A stretch of 51,611 bases of DNA from a virus (Duplodnaviria; Caudoviricetes), in the IMG/VR virus record IMGVR_UViG_3300005580_001063, positions 1 to 51,611 of that record; one strand, 5' to 3'. Shown one piece after another: positions 20,123 through 29,908 of this stretch. How positions within the stretch are numbered: the stretch's first letter is position 1; every line of letters starts with the position of its first letter. A model generated the notes under the pieces. That model saw nothing but the letters and a program-made list of their open reading frames with translations. It did not search any database and was not told where the DNA came from. The position numbers were made by a program, and so were the translations under genes.

Positions 20123-20161
20123 TTAAATTATATCCGCAAAAGGATTTGCTATCATATTCAT
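20123..20161 (-). CDS. Putative 12-aa bridging minigene MNMIANPFADII
   Basis: ATGA overlap with the PHP gene stop. Ends TAA-T-ATG at the exonuclease start and fills the gap exactly. Confidence 0.35.
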   Translation of the reverse strand: MNMIANPFADII

Positions 20162-20910
20162 TTTATATTTAGGCTTTCAAAAGAAAATCGGCTACTAGTC
20201 ATATGAGACAACTCTGGTTTATTTAAATTGCTACGATTGTTAATACATCTAAAAGTCAAATAGGCTTTAAAATCTTTGCCGTCTTTGTAGTAAATACTTT
20301 TAGTATTTAATATTTCTAGTTTATTGGCTTTGGCATAAGCTAAAACTTTATCCTTTATAATTCGATCAAATGGAAGGCTATTGTTTTCTACAAAAAGTAT
20401 TGGTTTAGTAAAGTCTAAATCTGGAACGCAAACCGTACCTTTTAATGTGTTATTGAATATAAAAGAATCATAAAATGGAATACATAATAATAAATTCTTA
20501 TCATTCCATGAGGATTTCAAAGTTTTAAAGTCAATTCTTGGTTCGTAATAAAATCCTTCTTTCGCGGCTGTTGAAAAGATTTTAATTAAGTCTTTGTATC
20601 CTTGTTCATTTTTAAAAAAGATTACTATTTTGGAAGTTTTTTGGCGAGCTTCTTCGGCCTTTTCGTTCATATCATCATTGATTGAAATTCTTAATCCATA
20701 TCTTAAATTGATATTGTATTTTTTAGTATTAGTATAGGCTTGAAGGAACGAGGTCATATTATCTTCAACCAGATAAATTTCTTTCAAATTATTATCTTTG
20801 GCTATATCTATAATAGAATCTGGCTGGTTCTCTTCTTTTTCTTCATCTTCAATAGTAAGAATAGATCTGCCAATACTAAAATGGGACTTAAATAATGGTA
20901 ATATTTCCAT
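20158..20910 (-). CDS. Stand-alone PHP domain of DnaE (metal ligands degenerate)
   Basis: SHFSIGRSI, KNEQGYKDLIKIFS and FYYEPRID match the DnaE N-terminus. The HxH, TDH and DxH ligands are replaced. Confidence 0.85.
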   Translation of the reverse strand: MEILPLFKSHFSIGRSILTIEDEEKEENQPDSIIDIAKDNNLKEIYLVEDNMTSFLQAYTNTKKYNINLRYGLRISINDDMNEKAEEARQKTSKIVIFFKNEQGYKDLIKIFSTAAKEGFYYEPRIDFKTLKSSWNDKNLLLCIPFYDSFIFNNTLKGTVCVPDLDFTKPILFVENNSLPFDRIIKDKVLAYAKANKLEILNTKSIYYKDGKDFKAYLTFRCINNRSNLNKPELSHMTSSRFSFESLNIK

Positions 20911-20916
20911 TTGGGT

Positions 20917-20945
20917 ATTATAATAAATATATATTCTGGTGTCAA
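20917..20945 (-). promoter_or_regulatory. Consensus sigma70 promoter (leaderless spacing)
   Basis: TTGACA-N17-TATAAT-N6-ATG(20910). Confidence 0.85.
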
Positions 20946-20948
20946 TAG

Positions 20949-21905
20949 CTAATTTAAATCAGCGAAAGCATCATGATTTTCACCTTGTTTAAGCGCGGGC
21001 CATTTAGGACATCCTTCGTATTTTCTGGTTTCTATTTTAAATCCTTTAATATCTTTAAAGTTATTCTCTAGGCTAGTCTCGACTATATTACCTTCGTCAT
21101 TTAATTTGACATAATATTCATAAGGGTCTTTGTATGGGCATGTCCATCCTCCTATTTTGCACATCCATCTGTTTTTTTGATTATCTATTGCGAAATTTGC
21201 TTTAGCTGAATTTTCATCGAATTTATCAATATACTCATTAATATGTTCTAGATAATGCTCGAATCCTTTAATTTGTTCATCAGTAAAGACAAGCTCTTGG
21301 ATTGGCTGTTTAGGAAATCTCAAAAATAAGAACTTAACAATAGGCTTTAATTTTGGCCATAATTTTTTACTCGCAAGACTATACATCATTGCTTGAATAT
21401 TAGCCTCTAGGTCATCACCTCTGAACTTGTACTTCGAGCTCTTGTAGTCGATTATATGCATTTCTTTTTTGATTTTAACGGGCTTATCTATAAATCCTCG
21501 AATATGATATTTAGGATCTTCATTCTCAATATCAAATGAATACTCTGGTTTTACTATCTCTCCGCTTGCACCAAAGAAGTCCTGTTTTAAACCTACTAGA
21601 ATCATATCATTTAATAGCTTATAATTGCTATCATCTAATTTGACTTTTTTAGCTAATTTTTTAACTAATTTATCAACTCCCTCATCGCCATTAATTGCGT
21701 TCTTTTCTATTATTCTTTTAAAATTCTTCAGATGCCTTTTATGCAATAGTAGTTCAAAAATAGTATGACAGATGGTACCTCTTAAAGCTCCATCGTTTTG
21801 ACTTTGCGGAACTTTAGTATGGTAGTTGTTCCAATAAACCCAAGAACAAGTTTCAAGAGTTTTTATTCTAGATGCTGATAATACTTTTAAATTTTTTTCT
21901 GCCAT
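20949..21905 (-). CDS. PD-(D/E)XK RecB/AddB/Cas4-like exonuclease
   Basis: LSASRI..C, GTICH, RGFIDK, IIDYKS and QAMMY motifs, with C-terminal cysteines. Confidence 0.85.
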   Translation of the reverse strand: MAEKNLKVLSASRIKTLETCSWVYWNNYHTKVPQSQNDGALRGTICHTIFELLLHKRHLKNFKRIIEKNAINGDEGVDKLVKKLAKKVKLDDSNYKLLNDMILVGLKQDFFGASGEIVKPEYSFDIENEDPKYHIRGFIDKPVKIKKEMHIIDYKSSKYKFRGDDLEANIQAMMYSLASKKLWPKLKPIVKFLFLRFPKQPIQELVFTDEQIKGFEHYLEHINEYIDKFDENSAKANFAIDNQKNRWMCKIGGWTCPYKDPYEYYVKLNDEGNIVETSLENNFKDIKGFKIETRKYEGCPKWPALKQGENHDAFADLN

Positions 21906-22795
21906 TGTAGTATTTCCTCAACGTTCATTTCACCAAAATCTTTCTTCGATGGGAGCTTTATCTCTAATTGCTTTTTATCAAAATATCTTAACAATTTATT
22001 ATAAGCTTTTTCTCCTGCAATATTGCCCGCGCTATTTTTCTGTTGATCATTATTAAATGATATATAAATTTTATTAGGATCGACTTTTAATAAAATATTT
22101 AAAATAGGCACGCTAATTTCTAATCCAAAAGTAACTATGGTGTTTTTAATTCCAGCATCCCATAAGGATAAGCAATCCCCAATGCTTTCAACTATAAATA
22201 TTTCTTTGGAATTTTGTATATGATCTATGTTTAAGAATAGAGGATAGCACCAGTTGATTTTTTCTCCAAGATGTTTCCACTTTATTTTGCTTTGAGAGTT
22301 CAAGTCTCTTCCAGAGAAACCTACGATATCTTTTTTACTATTTAATATTGGAAATACATACCTATTTTTCATTTTACCATTTTCAGCTACTCCACCTAAA
22401 AATAGGTTTAATGTATCTTGCGAAACACCTCTATCTAACCAATAGGAATGATCTTTTTTTAATTTTAAAAGCAAATCTTTATCAAAAGTTTTTGGAGATT
22501 TAATTTTAGGCTTTTCGTCTTTAACAACAGTAGTACCAATGAAATTTTTTTCTTTCAACCATATTTTAGCTTGATCTTGAGTCTCTAATTTTAAACTCAA
22601 TTTAATTAACGTTGTGAAGTCTCCGCTAATATTTTCTTTGAAGTCAACCCAATTGCCAGAATCTTTATAAATTCTTAAAACAGAATCATTATCGCTATCT
22701 CTGTAAATTGCTTTTGTCCTGTACTCTTTGCCACAGTCTTTAAGACAATATCCTAAATTAGTTAGGACTTGATGGATGTTTATTCCACTTTCCAT
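21887..22795 (-). CDS. DNA primase (DnaG-like TOPRIM)
   Basis: RYVFPI, VGFSGR, IVESIGD and FNND..AG motifs. Confidence 0.85.
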   Translation of the reverse strand: MESGINIHQVLTNLGYCLKDCGKEYRTKAIYRDSDNDSVLRIYKDSGNWVDFKENISGDFTTLIKLSLKLETQDQAKIWLKEKNFIGTTVVKDEKPKIKSPKTFDKDLLLKLKKDHSYWLDRGVSQDTLNLFLGGVAENGKMKNRYVFPILNSKKDIVGFSGRDLNSQSKIKWKHLGEKINWCYPLFLNIDHIQNSKEIFIVESIGDCLSLWDAGIKNTIVTFGLEISVPILNILLKVDPNKIYISFNNDQQKNSAGNIAGEKAYNKLLRYFDKKQLEIKLPSKKDFGEMNVEEILQWQKKI

Positions 22796-23439
22796 TGTAA
22801 TGCCTCACTAATAGTCGGGAACTCTTTCATAAAAATTTTCTTGCAGCGATCAGCTACTAACCTGTGTTCTTTTTGCGTATTTTGCTGTGTTCTTAATTCT
22901 ATGTAATGAATCCAACTTCTTAAAGATCCTTTCATATACATTGTGGTTTGCGTGGTTAAAGGCAATATCATTCTAGCAACTTCTTTTGCAACTCCATTCT
23001 CTATCATTGTATCATAGCAATGCTGAGAAAGCGACAATGATTCTATTAAGACTTCATTGACTTTATCATATGCGTCAGTGTTCGTTTTCATAAGAATTTC
23101 GCCGACTTGCCTATTCTTATCTCCTTGTAATCGAAGCTCAATATCTTCAAACTCATTTGCGACACTATATCTTTGACTAAATTCTTGAAAGCTAAATGAT
23201 CTATGTCTAAGAATTTGAGCTGCAATTCCTCTACTAGTTTTAATTTCGACACACATATCAACGAGCTCAAATGGGCTCCAATGTTTATGTTGAATTAAGA
23301 ACTTTAAAAGTTTTGGAGCGGTTTCAGTATTCATTTGATTAGATGGATTGCTAACTCTAGCGCAAAATGCTACTAAGTCTTCTGGATTTTTAATCCCTTT
23401 AATTTCTGGTTTTGTAATTGATACTAAATTTACATTCAT
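22780..23439 (-). CDS. thyX: FAD-dependent thymidylate synthase
   Basis: HWSPFE, RHRSFSFQEFSQRY and AKEVARMILP motifs. Confidence 0.95.
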   Translation of the reverse strand: MNVNLVSITKPEIKGIKNPEDLVAFCARVSNPSNQMNTETAPKLLKFLIQHKHWSPFELVDMCVEIKTSRGIAAQILRHRSFSFQEFSQRYSVANEFEDIELRLQGDKNRQVGEILMKTNTDAYDKVNEVLIESLSLSQHCYDTMIENGVAKEVARMILPLTTQTTMYMKGSLRSWIHYIELRTQQNTQKEHRLVADRCKKIFMKEFPTISEALQWKVE

Positions 23440-24920
23440 AACAATTCTCCATCATTTGAACTTTGATCATTTAATTGATACTGCTCTCTTTGTCTAGTAG
23501 CTATGTCATGCAAAGAGCCTCGTTCTTCAATTTTAAAATTTTGTACATTATAATTTAAATAATTTTGCGACCATGTCTCTTTTCCAGTGGAATCTAATCT
23601 TCTAACTAAGTCTTGATGCCCAGCCGCTTCTCTACCTTGAAATCTAGTTTTAGTTGGAATTAATTTATGCGTACCAAATTGTTGGCCGTCTAAAGCTAAT
23701 TCATCCAAAGTTTTTCTTCTAAAGATCGCTACGAATGAAGCGAACCATTGTAATCTATCCGATAATGCTATAGCTGAACTATCATCAACTACAGCTGAAG
23801 CATTTCTATTAAAATTTTCCCCAGTTCTATTCATTTGCATTGCTGTAATAATTGGACAATTGATTTCTTCTGAAATTCTTTTTAGTTTATCAATTTTATC
23901 CCCAATCGCTTGATGCTCTGCCCAGTTCTGCCCGACCTTCTCGCCAGTTAATTTAATATAATCATAAGCAATTAGAGCTTGATTTCCTCTTCCTACTTTT
24001 GAAAGATACCATCTGCGAATCATGGAGCATATTTGATCAATATTTTTACTACCAACATGATAATGATAATGTTCGTAATTTTTCACATGCGACCAAGCTG
24101 CCCTAACTTTTTTAGTCATTTCTTCGTTTTTACGCCAATTTCCAGTTTCAAGATACCACATCGGTACATCCGATATTGATGACACCATTCTTAATTGAAT
24201 ATCAAAAGTCTGCATTTCTGTATCTAAGATTAATGTCTTGACTTTATTCTTAGGATTTTTAGCTACGTTAAAACACATGTCATTAATCCAAGTCGATTTT
24301 CCTTGACCTGGACGACTTACAATTGCGTAAATGTTTCCATTTTTTAAGCCACCATATAATCTATTAAATTCTGGATAACCAGTTATTAGGCCAACATCTT
24401 CTCTGGGATTATTTCCTAGTTCTTCAACTATATCTTCGATTCCTTCGAAAAGATTAATTGGTTCATCATTTGAAATATAAGATGAAATTTTATTATTATA
24501 AATTGCATCTGCTTCAGAAATAATTTTATCAATAGCATCTTCACCATTTCTCGTTACAAAGGTTTTTAACTTATCTGCTGTTTGAATTATTTCTCTTCTT
24601 ATTCTTAATTTCATTAATTCTTTACAAGCGTTCATGGTTGCTTCTTCTGTGATTTGAGAGAAAGCTAAATTTTCAATATAATCAAATATATTAATATCAT
24701 CCTTGAAGGATATTCCAAGATTTTTAATTTTTTCAGCCAAAAGGACTTTATCAACCTTCTCCCCTTTATTGGTTATATTTTTATAAACTGAATAAATTGT
24801 AGAATGAACATCATTAAAGAAGTCCGTATCATTTAAAAAAATATCTACTTCTGGAAATAAATTTTGATATTTAATTAAACCACTTAATACATGTCGTTCT
24901 ACTTGAATAGAATAAATCAT
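23436..24920 (-). CDS. dnaB: Replicative helicase, DnaB family
   Basis: SRPGQGKS Walker A, DTEM, YDYIKL and QMNR motifs. ATG 24920 is preferred from promoter spacing. Confidence 0.9.
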   Translation of the reverse strand: MIYSIQVERHVLSGLIKYQNLFPEVDIFLNDTDFFNDVHSTIYSVYKNITNKGEKVDKVLLAEKIKNLGISFKDDINIFDYIENLAFSQITEEATMNACKELMKLRIRREIIQTADKLKTFVTRNGEDAIDKIISEADAIYNNKISSYISNDEPINLFEGIEDIVEELGNNPREDVGLITGYPEFNRLYGGLKNGNIYAIVSRPGQGKSTWINDMCFNVAKNPKNKVKTLILDTEMQTFDIQLRMVSSISDVPMWYLETGNWRKNEEMTKKVRAAWSHVKNYEHYHYHVGSKNIDQICSMIRRWYLSKVGRGNQALIAYDYIKLTGEKVGQNWAEHQAIGDKIDKLKRISEEINCPIITAMQMNRTGENFNRNASAVVDDSSAIALSDRLQWFASFVAIFRRKTLDELALDGQQFGTHKLIPTKTRFQGREAAGHQDLVRRLDSTGKETWSQNYLNYNVQNFKIEERGSLHDIATRQREQYQLNDQSSNDGELL

Positions 24921-24928
24921 CAACCATT

Positions 24929-24957
24929 ATAATACCGTATTAAGAATTGAAAGTCAA
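24929..24957 (-). promoter_or_regulatory. sigma70 promoter (leaderless spacing)
   Basis: TTGACT-N17-TATTAT-N8-ATG(24920). Confidence 0.7.
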
Positions 24958-24958
24958 G

Positions 24959-25222
24959 TTAATCTTCGTTTTCTCTATCTTCTTCGTCATTTTTTCTAGC
25001 GATTAAATCTGTTGTAGCTTCTAAATTAAGTTGGTCTACGCTTTGGCTCCATGTATTTAGATAATATAAAAGGGCCATAGCATTTATTTGATTATCAAAC
25101 TTTGTATATACTTGGGGACTTCCTTTGTTTGAGAAATTAAAAAGCACATATCCGCCGAAACTACATTCATCGATTTGTTTTAAAACAGAGTCTGGAAAAT
25201 TAAATTTTTTTTTGTTGGTCAC
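24959..25222 (-). CDS. Hypothetical protein
   Basis: ORF with GTG start, preceded by a GTGTAA motif. Confidence 0.6.
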   Translation of the reverse strand: MTNKKKFNFPDSVLKQIDECSFGGYVLFNFSNKGSPQVYTKFDNQINAMALLYYLNTWSQSVDQLNLEATTDLIARKNDEEDRENED

Positions 25223-25237
25223 TACTTGATTTTACAC

Positions 25238-25657
25238 TTAAATAATTAAAATTCCGCACTTTTCTTCTATATATTGTGGTGATAAATTCTTAAGGTCATC
25301 TTCATAAAGCTCTAAGAATTTAAATTCATTCAATTCGATCCATTTTTCTTTTTTAACATCTCTTTTGATGCTCTCAAGATATTTTAATCTTGAATTATCA
25401 TGGAAAAATTTATTAAAGGATTCATGCTGAGATCCTTGTATCTCTACGGCTATCTTTTTTGTTGCATTTAATAAATCTATCTTAAGCATGCTTCCGTAAA
25501 CTGGAAACTCTTCATAGACTATATGATTTTTCCAATAAGGGTAGAAAAACTCTTTAAATTTAAATTGAAGTTTGCTTCTGCTTTTGGCTTGCCAATTAAT
25601 TGAGTATCTTTTGACGTTCTTGTTAACGAGCCTTCCGTTAACATTTAATAATCTCAT
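25238..25657 (-). CDS. Vsr/DUF559-like PD-(D/E)XK endonuclease
   Basis: EEFPV..LKIDLL..KIAVEIQGSQH..RDVKK pattern. Confidence 0.75.
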   Translation of the reverse strand: MRLLNVNGRLVNKNVKRYSINWQAKSRSKLQFKFKEFFYPYWKNHIVYEEFPVYGSMLKIDLLNATKKIAVEIQGSQHESFNKFFHDNSRLKYLESIKRDVKKEKWIELNEFKFLELYEDDLKNLSPQYIEEKCGILII

Positions 25658-26799
25658 AGAACCAAAGTATTAATAAATTTATTATAAAAATAATCTACAA
25701 TAGGTTTATTATCTTCTAAGTAAGACCTAAGATTATCTATCCCTTGATGTTGTTTTTTTAATTCTAAATTTTCTTTTTTAAGCTCTTCTATGATCTCATC
25801 TGTAAAAGTTACCCATGCTCCTTTTGCAGATGCAAACTCCCAAGAAAGAATTTGATCAATGATCTCATATTCTCTCCATACTGAAGACCCATCTTTTCTA
25901 CCATACTTAATAGGATATTGAACTTTAGAATTTGTAGTTTCATTAGTAGATTTTTTGATAGTAATTTTAACATTATGACCAATTATCTTATTCTTGACTT
26001 GGTCATATCTTTCATTTGGCTTTTCTAAAATAAGGTCTTTACCAAATTTTGGTTCAAATTCAAGTATCCAATTAGCAAAATGTAAAAGTGCATTTCCACC
26101 AGTTGCAGTCGTTTGGCGGATATCCTTATTAGCGGCGTATGGATCAAGTTTAATATCTGAACGTACTTGGCTTATAAAGATAGCCATATGGCCACGCTTA
26201 GAAAGTGCCAATGATATTCTTTTCATAAGCATGGAAGATATTACTGCTCCACCTGCGACTTTCGTTGCTTCTGTCATACTTTTGAGACTGTCTCCTTTGG
26301 TCATTAAACCATCTACAGAATCCAACATAAACATATATTTTTTACCTTCATCATTATTTTGAATGAGGTCTTTCATAAGTTCGGAAACTGTTTCGAAAAT
26401 ATTACATTCGAAAACAAAACACGTTCCGTCTTCCCACTCATCAGCAGAACTTACAAACTTTATTCCAGATCTTTCTTTAATTTCTTTGCTTAATCTTCCT
26501 TCTGCTTTAAACAAAAGTGCTTTAGAGTCTTTTACCGTTTTAAGAAAGTTCTTCATAACCTCTAACGCTTCTGACGTTTTACCGCCTTCATTCATGCCTA
26601 TAAATCTATGCAATCCTGGGCATAGTCCTCCACTTGTAGCAATATCTAAATTTAAACTTCCAGTAGATACTTTGTAATATACCTCTTCTTCGTAATTATA
26701 ATGATCGTCTTTATTTTCTTTTAAAAACGAAGATAATCTATTTTTCGCACTTGGCCCAGTATTATCTACTGGCTCTTGTTCTTTAGGTTTTCTTCCCAT
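25654..26799 (-). CDS. recA: RecA/UvsX-like recombinase
   Basis: STGSLNLDIA, GMNEGGKTS, LDSV, FISQVR, TGGNALLHFA and GAW motifs. Confidence 0.9.
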   Translation of the reverse strand: MGRKPKEQEPVDNTGPSAKNRLSSFLKENKDDHYNYEEEVYYKVSTGSLNLDIATSGGLCPGLHRFIGMNEGGKTSEALEVMKNFLKTVKDSKALLFKAEGRLSKEIKERSGIKFVSSADEWEDGTCFVFECNIFETVSELMKDLIQNNDEGKKYMFMLDSVDGLMTKGDSLKSMTEATKVAGGAVISSMLMKRISLALSKRGHMAIFISQVRSDIKLDPYAANKDIRQTTATGGNALLHFANWILEFEPKFGKDLILEKPNERYDQVKNKIIGHNVKITIKKSTNETTNSKVQYPIKYGRKDGSSVWREYEIIDQILSWEFASAKGAWVTFTDEIIEELKKENLELKKQHQGIDNLRSYLEDNKPIVDYFYNKFINTLVL

Positions 26800-26805
26800 G
26801 TTAAG

Positions 26806-26839
26806 ATTGTAGTATATTTATATTAAAAAATCAAGTCAA
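26806..26839 (-). promoter_or_regulatory. Two overlapping sigma70 promoters
   Basis: TTGATT-N17-TACAAT-N6-ATG(26799), and TTGACT-N17-TATACT offset by 5 nt. Confidence 0.7.
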
Positions 26840-26844
26840 ATAAA

Positions 26845-27483
26845 TTATATTTTTTTATAGGCTATAAATCCATCCCAATAACCTTGTCCTTGATGGATTT
26901 TTATAATCTCACAGGATATTTCATCTATTTTTAAAGATGCGAATCTTGGTATTTCATGAGATTTGATATCTTCTATAATGTAAATACCATTAGTATTTAA
27001 ATATTTATGTAAATAAAAAAATGTTAAAATCATATGATCTTCGTAATGACTTCCATCATCTATAATTAGATCAAATTTTTGATTTTGATTATCTTTTAGA
27101 ATTTCATTTATACTTTTTTCAAGTTCAATTTCTTTTGATTGATCTGTATAAAAGCATTTTATTCTTTCTTCTTGAAAGAGGGTTGAGTTATCTATGTCTA
27201 ATCCATAAATATTTGCATTAGGAAAGAAGTCCCTCCAAGCTTTTAAGCTCGCTCCATGAACATAATCTGGTCCAGATATTGATTCCATTAATTGTTTGTT
27301 TCCAATTCCTATTTCTAATATATTTTTGGCTGTATATTTTGTATTTTGAAGTAAATTAAAATATTCGGGAGAATAAGAATGAAATATTTGTGGGGATTTA
27401 TCTGACAAATATTTATAAAAGAGATCACAAAGCTCTGTATTGTTGTCGCTATTTTGTTTTTTAGCGTAAGGAAATTGTTGCAT
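26845..27483 (-). CDS. SAM-dependent sugar O-methyltransferase (MycE/TylE-like)
   Basis: ILEIGIG, GASLKAWRDFFP, DLIIDDGSH and YIIED motifs. Confidence 0.8.
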   Translation of the reverse strand: MQQFPYAKKQNSDNNTELCDLFYKYLSDKSPQIFHSYSPEYFNLLQNTKYTAKNILEIGIGNKQLMESISGPDYVHGASLKAWRDFFPNANIYGLDIDNSTLFQEERIKCFYTDQSKEIELEKSINEILKDNQNQKFDLIIDDGSHYEDHMILTFFYLHKYLNTNGIYIIEDIKSHEIPRFASLKIDEISCEIIKIHQGQGYWDGFIAYKKI

Positions 27484-27487
27484 ATAA

Positions 27488-27826
27488 TTAAATGTTTTTA
27501 AAGTTTATAAAATCTAGCAGGCTTTTGGGTTTTTTGCAAACCTTTTTATCTTCTCCAATTTTCGCTTCTTGTATTTCAAATTTAATTGGTTTATCTAGCT
27601 CTAGATTATCTTTCTTTTTTTCCATAGCAATAAAGCTCTTCCCATCTTCTGTTAAAAAGAAGGCCAAACTAGTTAATTTGATAGGTTTGAGCCCATTCCA
27701 AAATGAATAACCTTCGTAGGTTTTTATTAATTTTTGAGCTATTTTGATTTCCCTTGCCCAATCTATTTTCTGGTTAATATATTTTTTAACTATAAATTGG
27801 CAAAGTTTATGGCTTGTAATTTTCAA
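27488..27826 (-). CDS. Hypothetical protein
   Basis: ORF track, operon-like packing. Confidence 0.55.
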   Translation of the reverse strand: MKITSHKLCQFIVKKYINQKIDWAREIKIAQKLIKTYEGYSFWNGLKPIKLTSLAFFLTEDGKSFIAMEKKKDNLELDKPIKFEIQEAKIGEDKKVCKKPKSLLDFINFKNI

Positions 27827-28952
27827 TATCCGATATTACCATCTTTTCTACTAGTTTGTCAAATGATATTTTTGGAGTCCATCCTAGTTCCTGCCTAGCT
27901 CTGCTTGAGTCTCCAAGCAGTAATTCGACTTCTGCTGGTCTGTAGAATTTAGGATTGATTTGAACAAGTATCTTGTTATCTTCTGTAGTATATATAATAT
28001 GTTCATTTTCCCCAATCCATTTTCCATTTATTCCAACCACATTAAAAGCTTTTTGTACAAATTCTTTGATTGTATGAGTCTCGTTAGAAGAAAATACATA
28101 ATCATCTGGGGTGCCATTATAATTTTTATTGTATACATCTTGATTTAGCATCATCCAAACTCCATCTACAAAATCTTCTGCATCGCTCCAATCTCTCTTG
28201 GCTTCTATATTCCCTAACTCTAGTGGGATAAAATCTTGATTATTTTTTATAGCCGAATGGATTCTAGCTATGTTTTTAGTTATTTTTCTTGTTACAAATT
28301 CTTCTCCTCTACGAATTCCTTCGTGATTAAACAACCAACCTTGTATAGCATAAAGATTATAAGATTCTTTGTATACTTTTATGAGTTGTCTTGATGCAGC
28401 TTTGCTTGCTCCATAAGGACTTCTTGGGCGTAATGGATGTTTTTCATCTTGAGGAGTATAGATCACATTTCCAAATTCTTCACTTGATCCAGCTTGATAC
28501 AGTCTGCATGATGGTTTATAAAGTCTTATTGCCTCTAGTATATCAAGTACAGCTGTAGAATTTGTTTGCCAAGTTTGACGAGCAAAATCCCAACTACTAG
28601 CAACAAAGCTTTGAGCCGCAAAATTAATAAAATAATCTGGTTGAAGCTTTTCTACTGTTCTTGATATTGCATGAGAATCAGTTAAATCAAAATTAATTAA
28701 ATAAAATCTATCAGATTTAATATGTTTAATGTTTTCGTGATTATATACGCTTAATCTTCTAACTCCTCCAAATACTAAATAATCGGTATTTTTTAATAAA
28801 AAATCCGCCATATGACTTCCATCTTGACCAGTAACACCAGTAATGACTACTGTTTTTCTATTATTGATTAACTTGCTAGCATCTTCAATGTTTAGGATAT
28901 TTGCGGTATCTATTTTTTTACCATAATAAGTCTCTTTAAAATTTTGACTCAT
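27807..28952 (-). CDS. gmd: GDP-mannose 4,6-dehydratase
   Basis: ITGVTGQDGS, AAQSFV, PRSPYGASK, LFNHE, FVTRKIT and YRPAEV motifs. Confidence 0.95.
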   Translation of the reverse strand: MSQNFKETYYGKKIDTANILNIEDASKLINNRKTVVITGVTGQDGSHMADFLLKNTDYLVFGGVRRLSVYNHENIKHIKSDRFYLINFDLTDSHAISRTVEKLQPDYFINFAAQSFVASSWDFARQTWQTNSTAVLDILEAIRLYKPSCRLYQAGSSEEFGNVIYTPQDEKHPLRPRSPYGASKAASRQLIKVYKESYNLYAIQGWLFNHEGIRRGEEFVTRKITKNIARIHSAIKNNQDFIPLELGNIEAKRDWSDAEDFVDGVWMMLNQDVYNKNYNGTPDDYVFSSNETHTIKEFVQKAFNVVGINGKWIGENEHIIYTTEDNKILVQINPKFYRPAEVELLLGDSSRARQELGWTPKISFDKLVEKMVISDIENYKP

Positions 28953-29908
28953 TAGTTTATTTGATTTTTAATCCATTCGAATGTCTTTTGGATACCTTCT
29001 TTTAAAGGCCTTGAAGGAGACCAACTCAATTTTTCTTTTATTAATTTATTATCAGAGTTTCTGCCTCTAACTCCTAGTGGCCCAGTAATATTCTTAATAG
29101 TAATATTTTTACCACTTAATCCTATTATCATCTTTGCAAAGTCATTAATAGAAATCATTTCTTCCGAACCAATGTTAACTGGTCCCTCAAAATTTGATCT
29201 CATCAACCTAATTGTTCCATCTATACATTCATCAACATATAAAAACGATCTAGTTTGTTTTCCGTCTCCCCAAATTTCAATTTCTCCATTATCTTCTGCA
29301 TCTATTACTTTTCTGCAGAGCGCGGCTGGAGCTTTCTCTTTGCCTCCTTTGTACGTTCCTTCTGGACCAAAAATATTATGATATCTGGCTATATGCACAT
29401 CTAGTCCATAATTTCTCTTATATGCTAAGAAAACTCTTTCGCTAAATAGCTTTTCCCAGCCATACTCGCTGTCTGGGGCTGCTGGATAAGCTGATTCTTC
29501 CGAGCATTTTGGATTCTCTGGATCTAATTGATTGTGTTCTGGATAAGCGCAAGCAGAAGAACTATAGAAAACTTTTTTAACCTTTTTGATAACTGCTTCA
29601 TGAGCAATATTTAAATTAATGAGTGCCGAGTTGTGCATTACATTCGCGTCATTTTCCCCAGTGAAAATATATCCTGCTCCACCCATGTCTGCTGCAAGTT
29701 GATATAATTCATCTATATCTTCGCATATTACATTTCTTACAAAATTAGGATCAGTTAAATCTCCAACTAGAAATTCATCTGCTGGACTTTGGGAATATAA
29801 CGGAAGCTTTAGATCAGCTCCCCTTACCCAAAATCCTTCATCTTTTAATCTTTTTACTAGGTGTGATCCTATGAAACCACCTGCTCCACAAACTATTGCT
29901 CTTTTCAC
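28952..29908 (-). CDS. GDP-mannose 3,5-epimerase-like NAD-dependent epimerase
   Basis: GAGGFIG, LAADMGG, SSSAC, YGWEK, EKAPAA and GVRGRNSDN motifs. Confidence 0.9.
   Translation of the reverse strand: MKRAIVCGAGGFIGSHLVKRLKDEGFWVRGADLKLPLYSQSPADEFLVGDLTDPNFVRNVICEDIDELYQLAADMGGAGYIFTGENDANVMHNSALINLNIAHEAVIKKVKKVFYSSSACAYPEHNQLDPENPKCSEESAYPAAPDSEYGWEKLFSERVFLAYKRNYGLDVHIARYHNIFGPEGTYKGGKEKAPAALCRKVIDAEDNGEIEIWGDGKQTRSFLYVDECIDGTIRLMRSNFEGPVNIGSEEMISINDFAKMIIGLSGKNITIKNITGPLGVRGRNSDNKLIKEKLSWSPSRPLKEGIQKTFEWIKNQIN

Noticed and set aside
20949-21905. Cas4 as evidence of a CRISPR system
   Set aside because: It is a stand-alone PD-(D/E)XK nuclease in a replication operon, which is common in phages.
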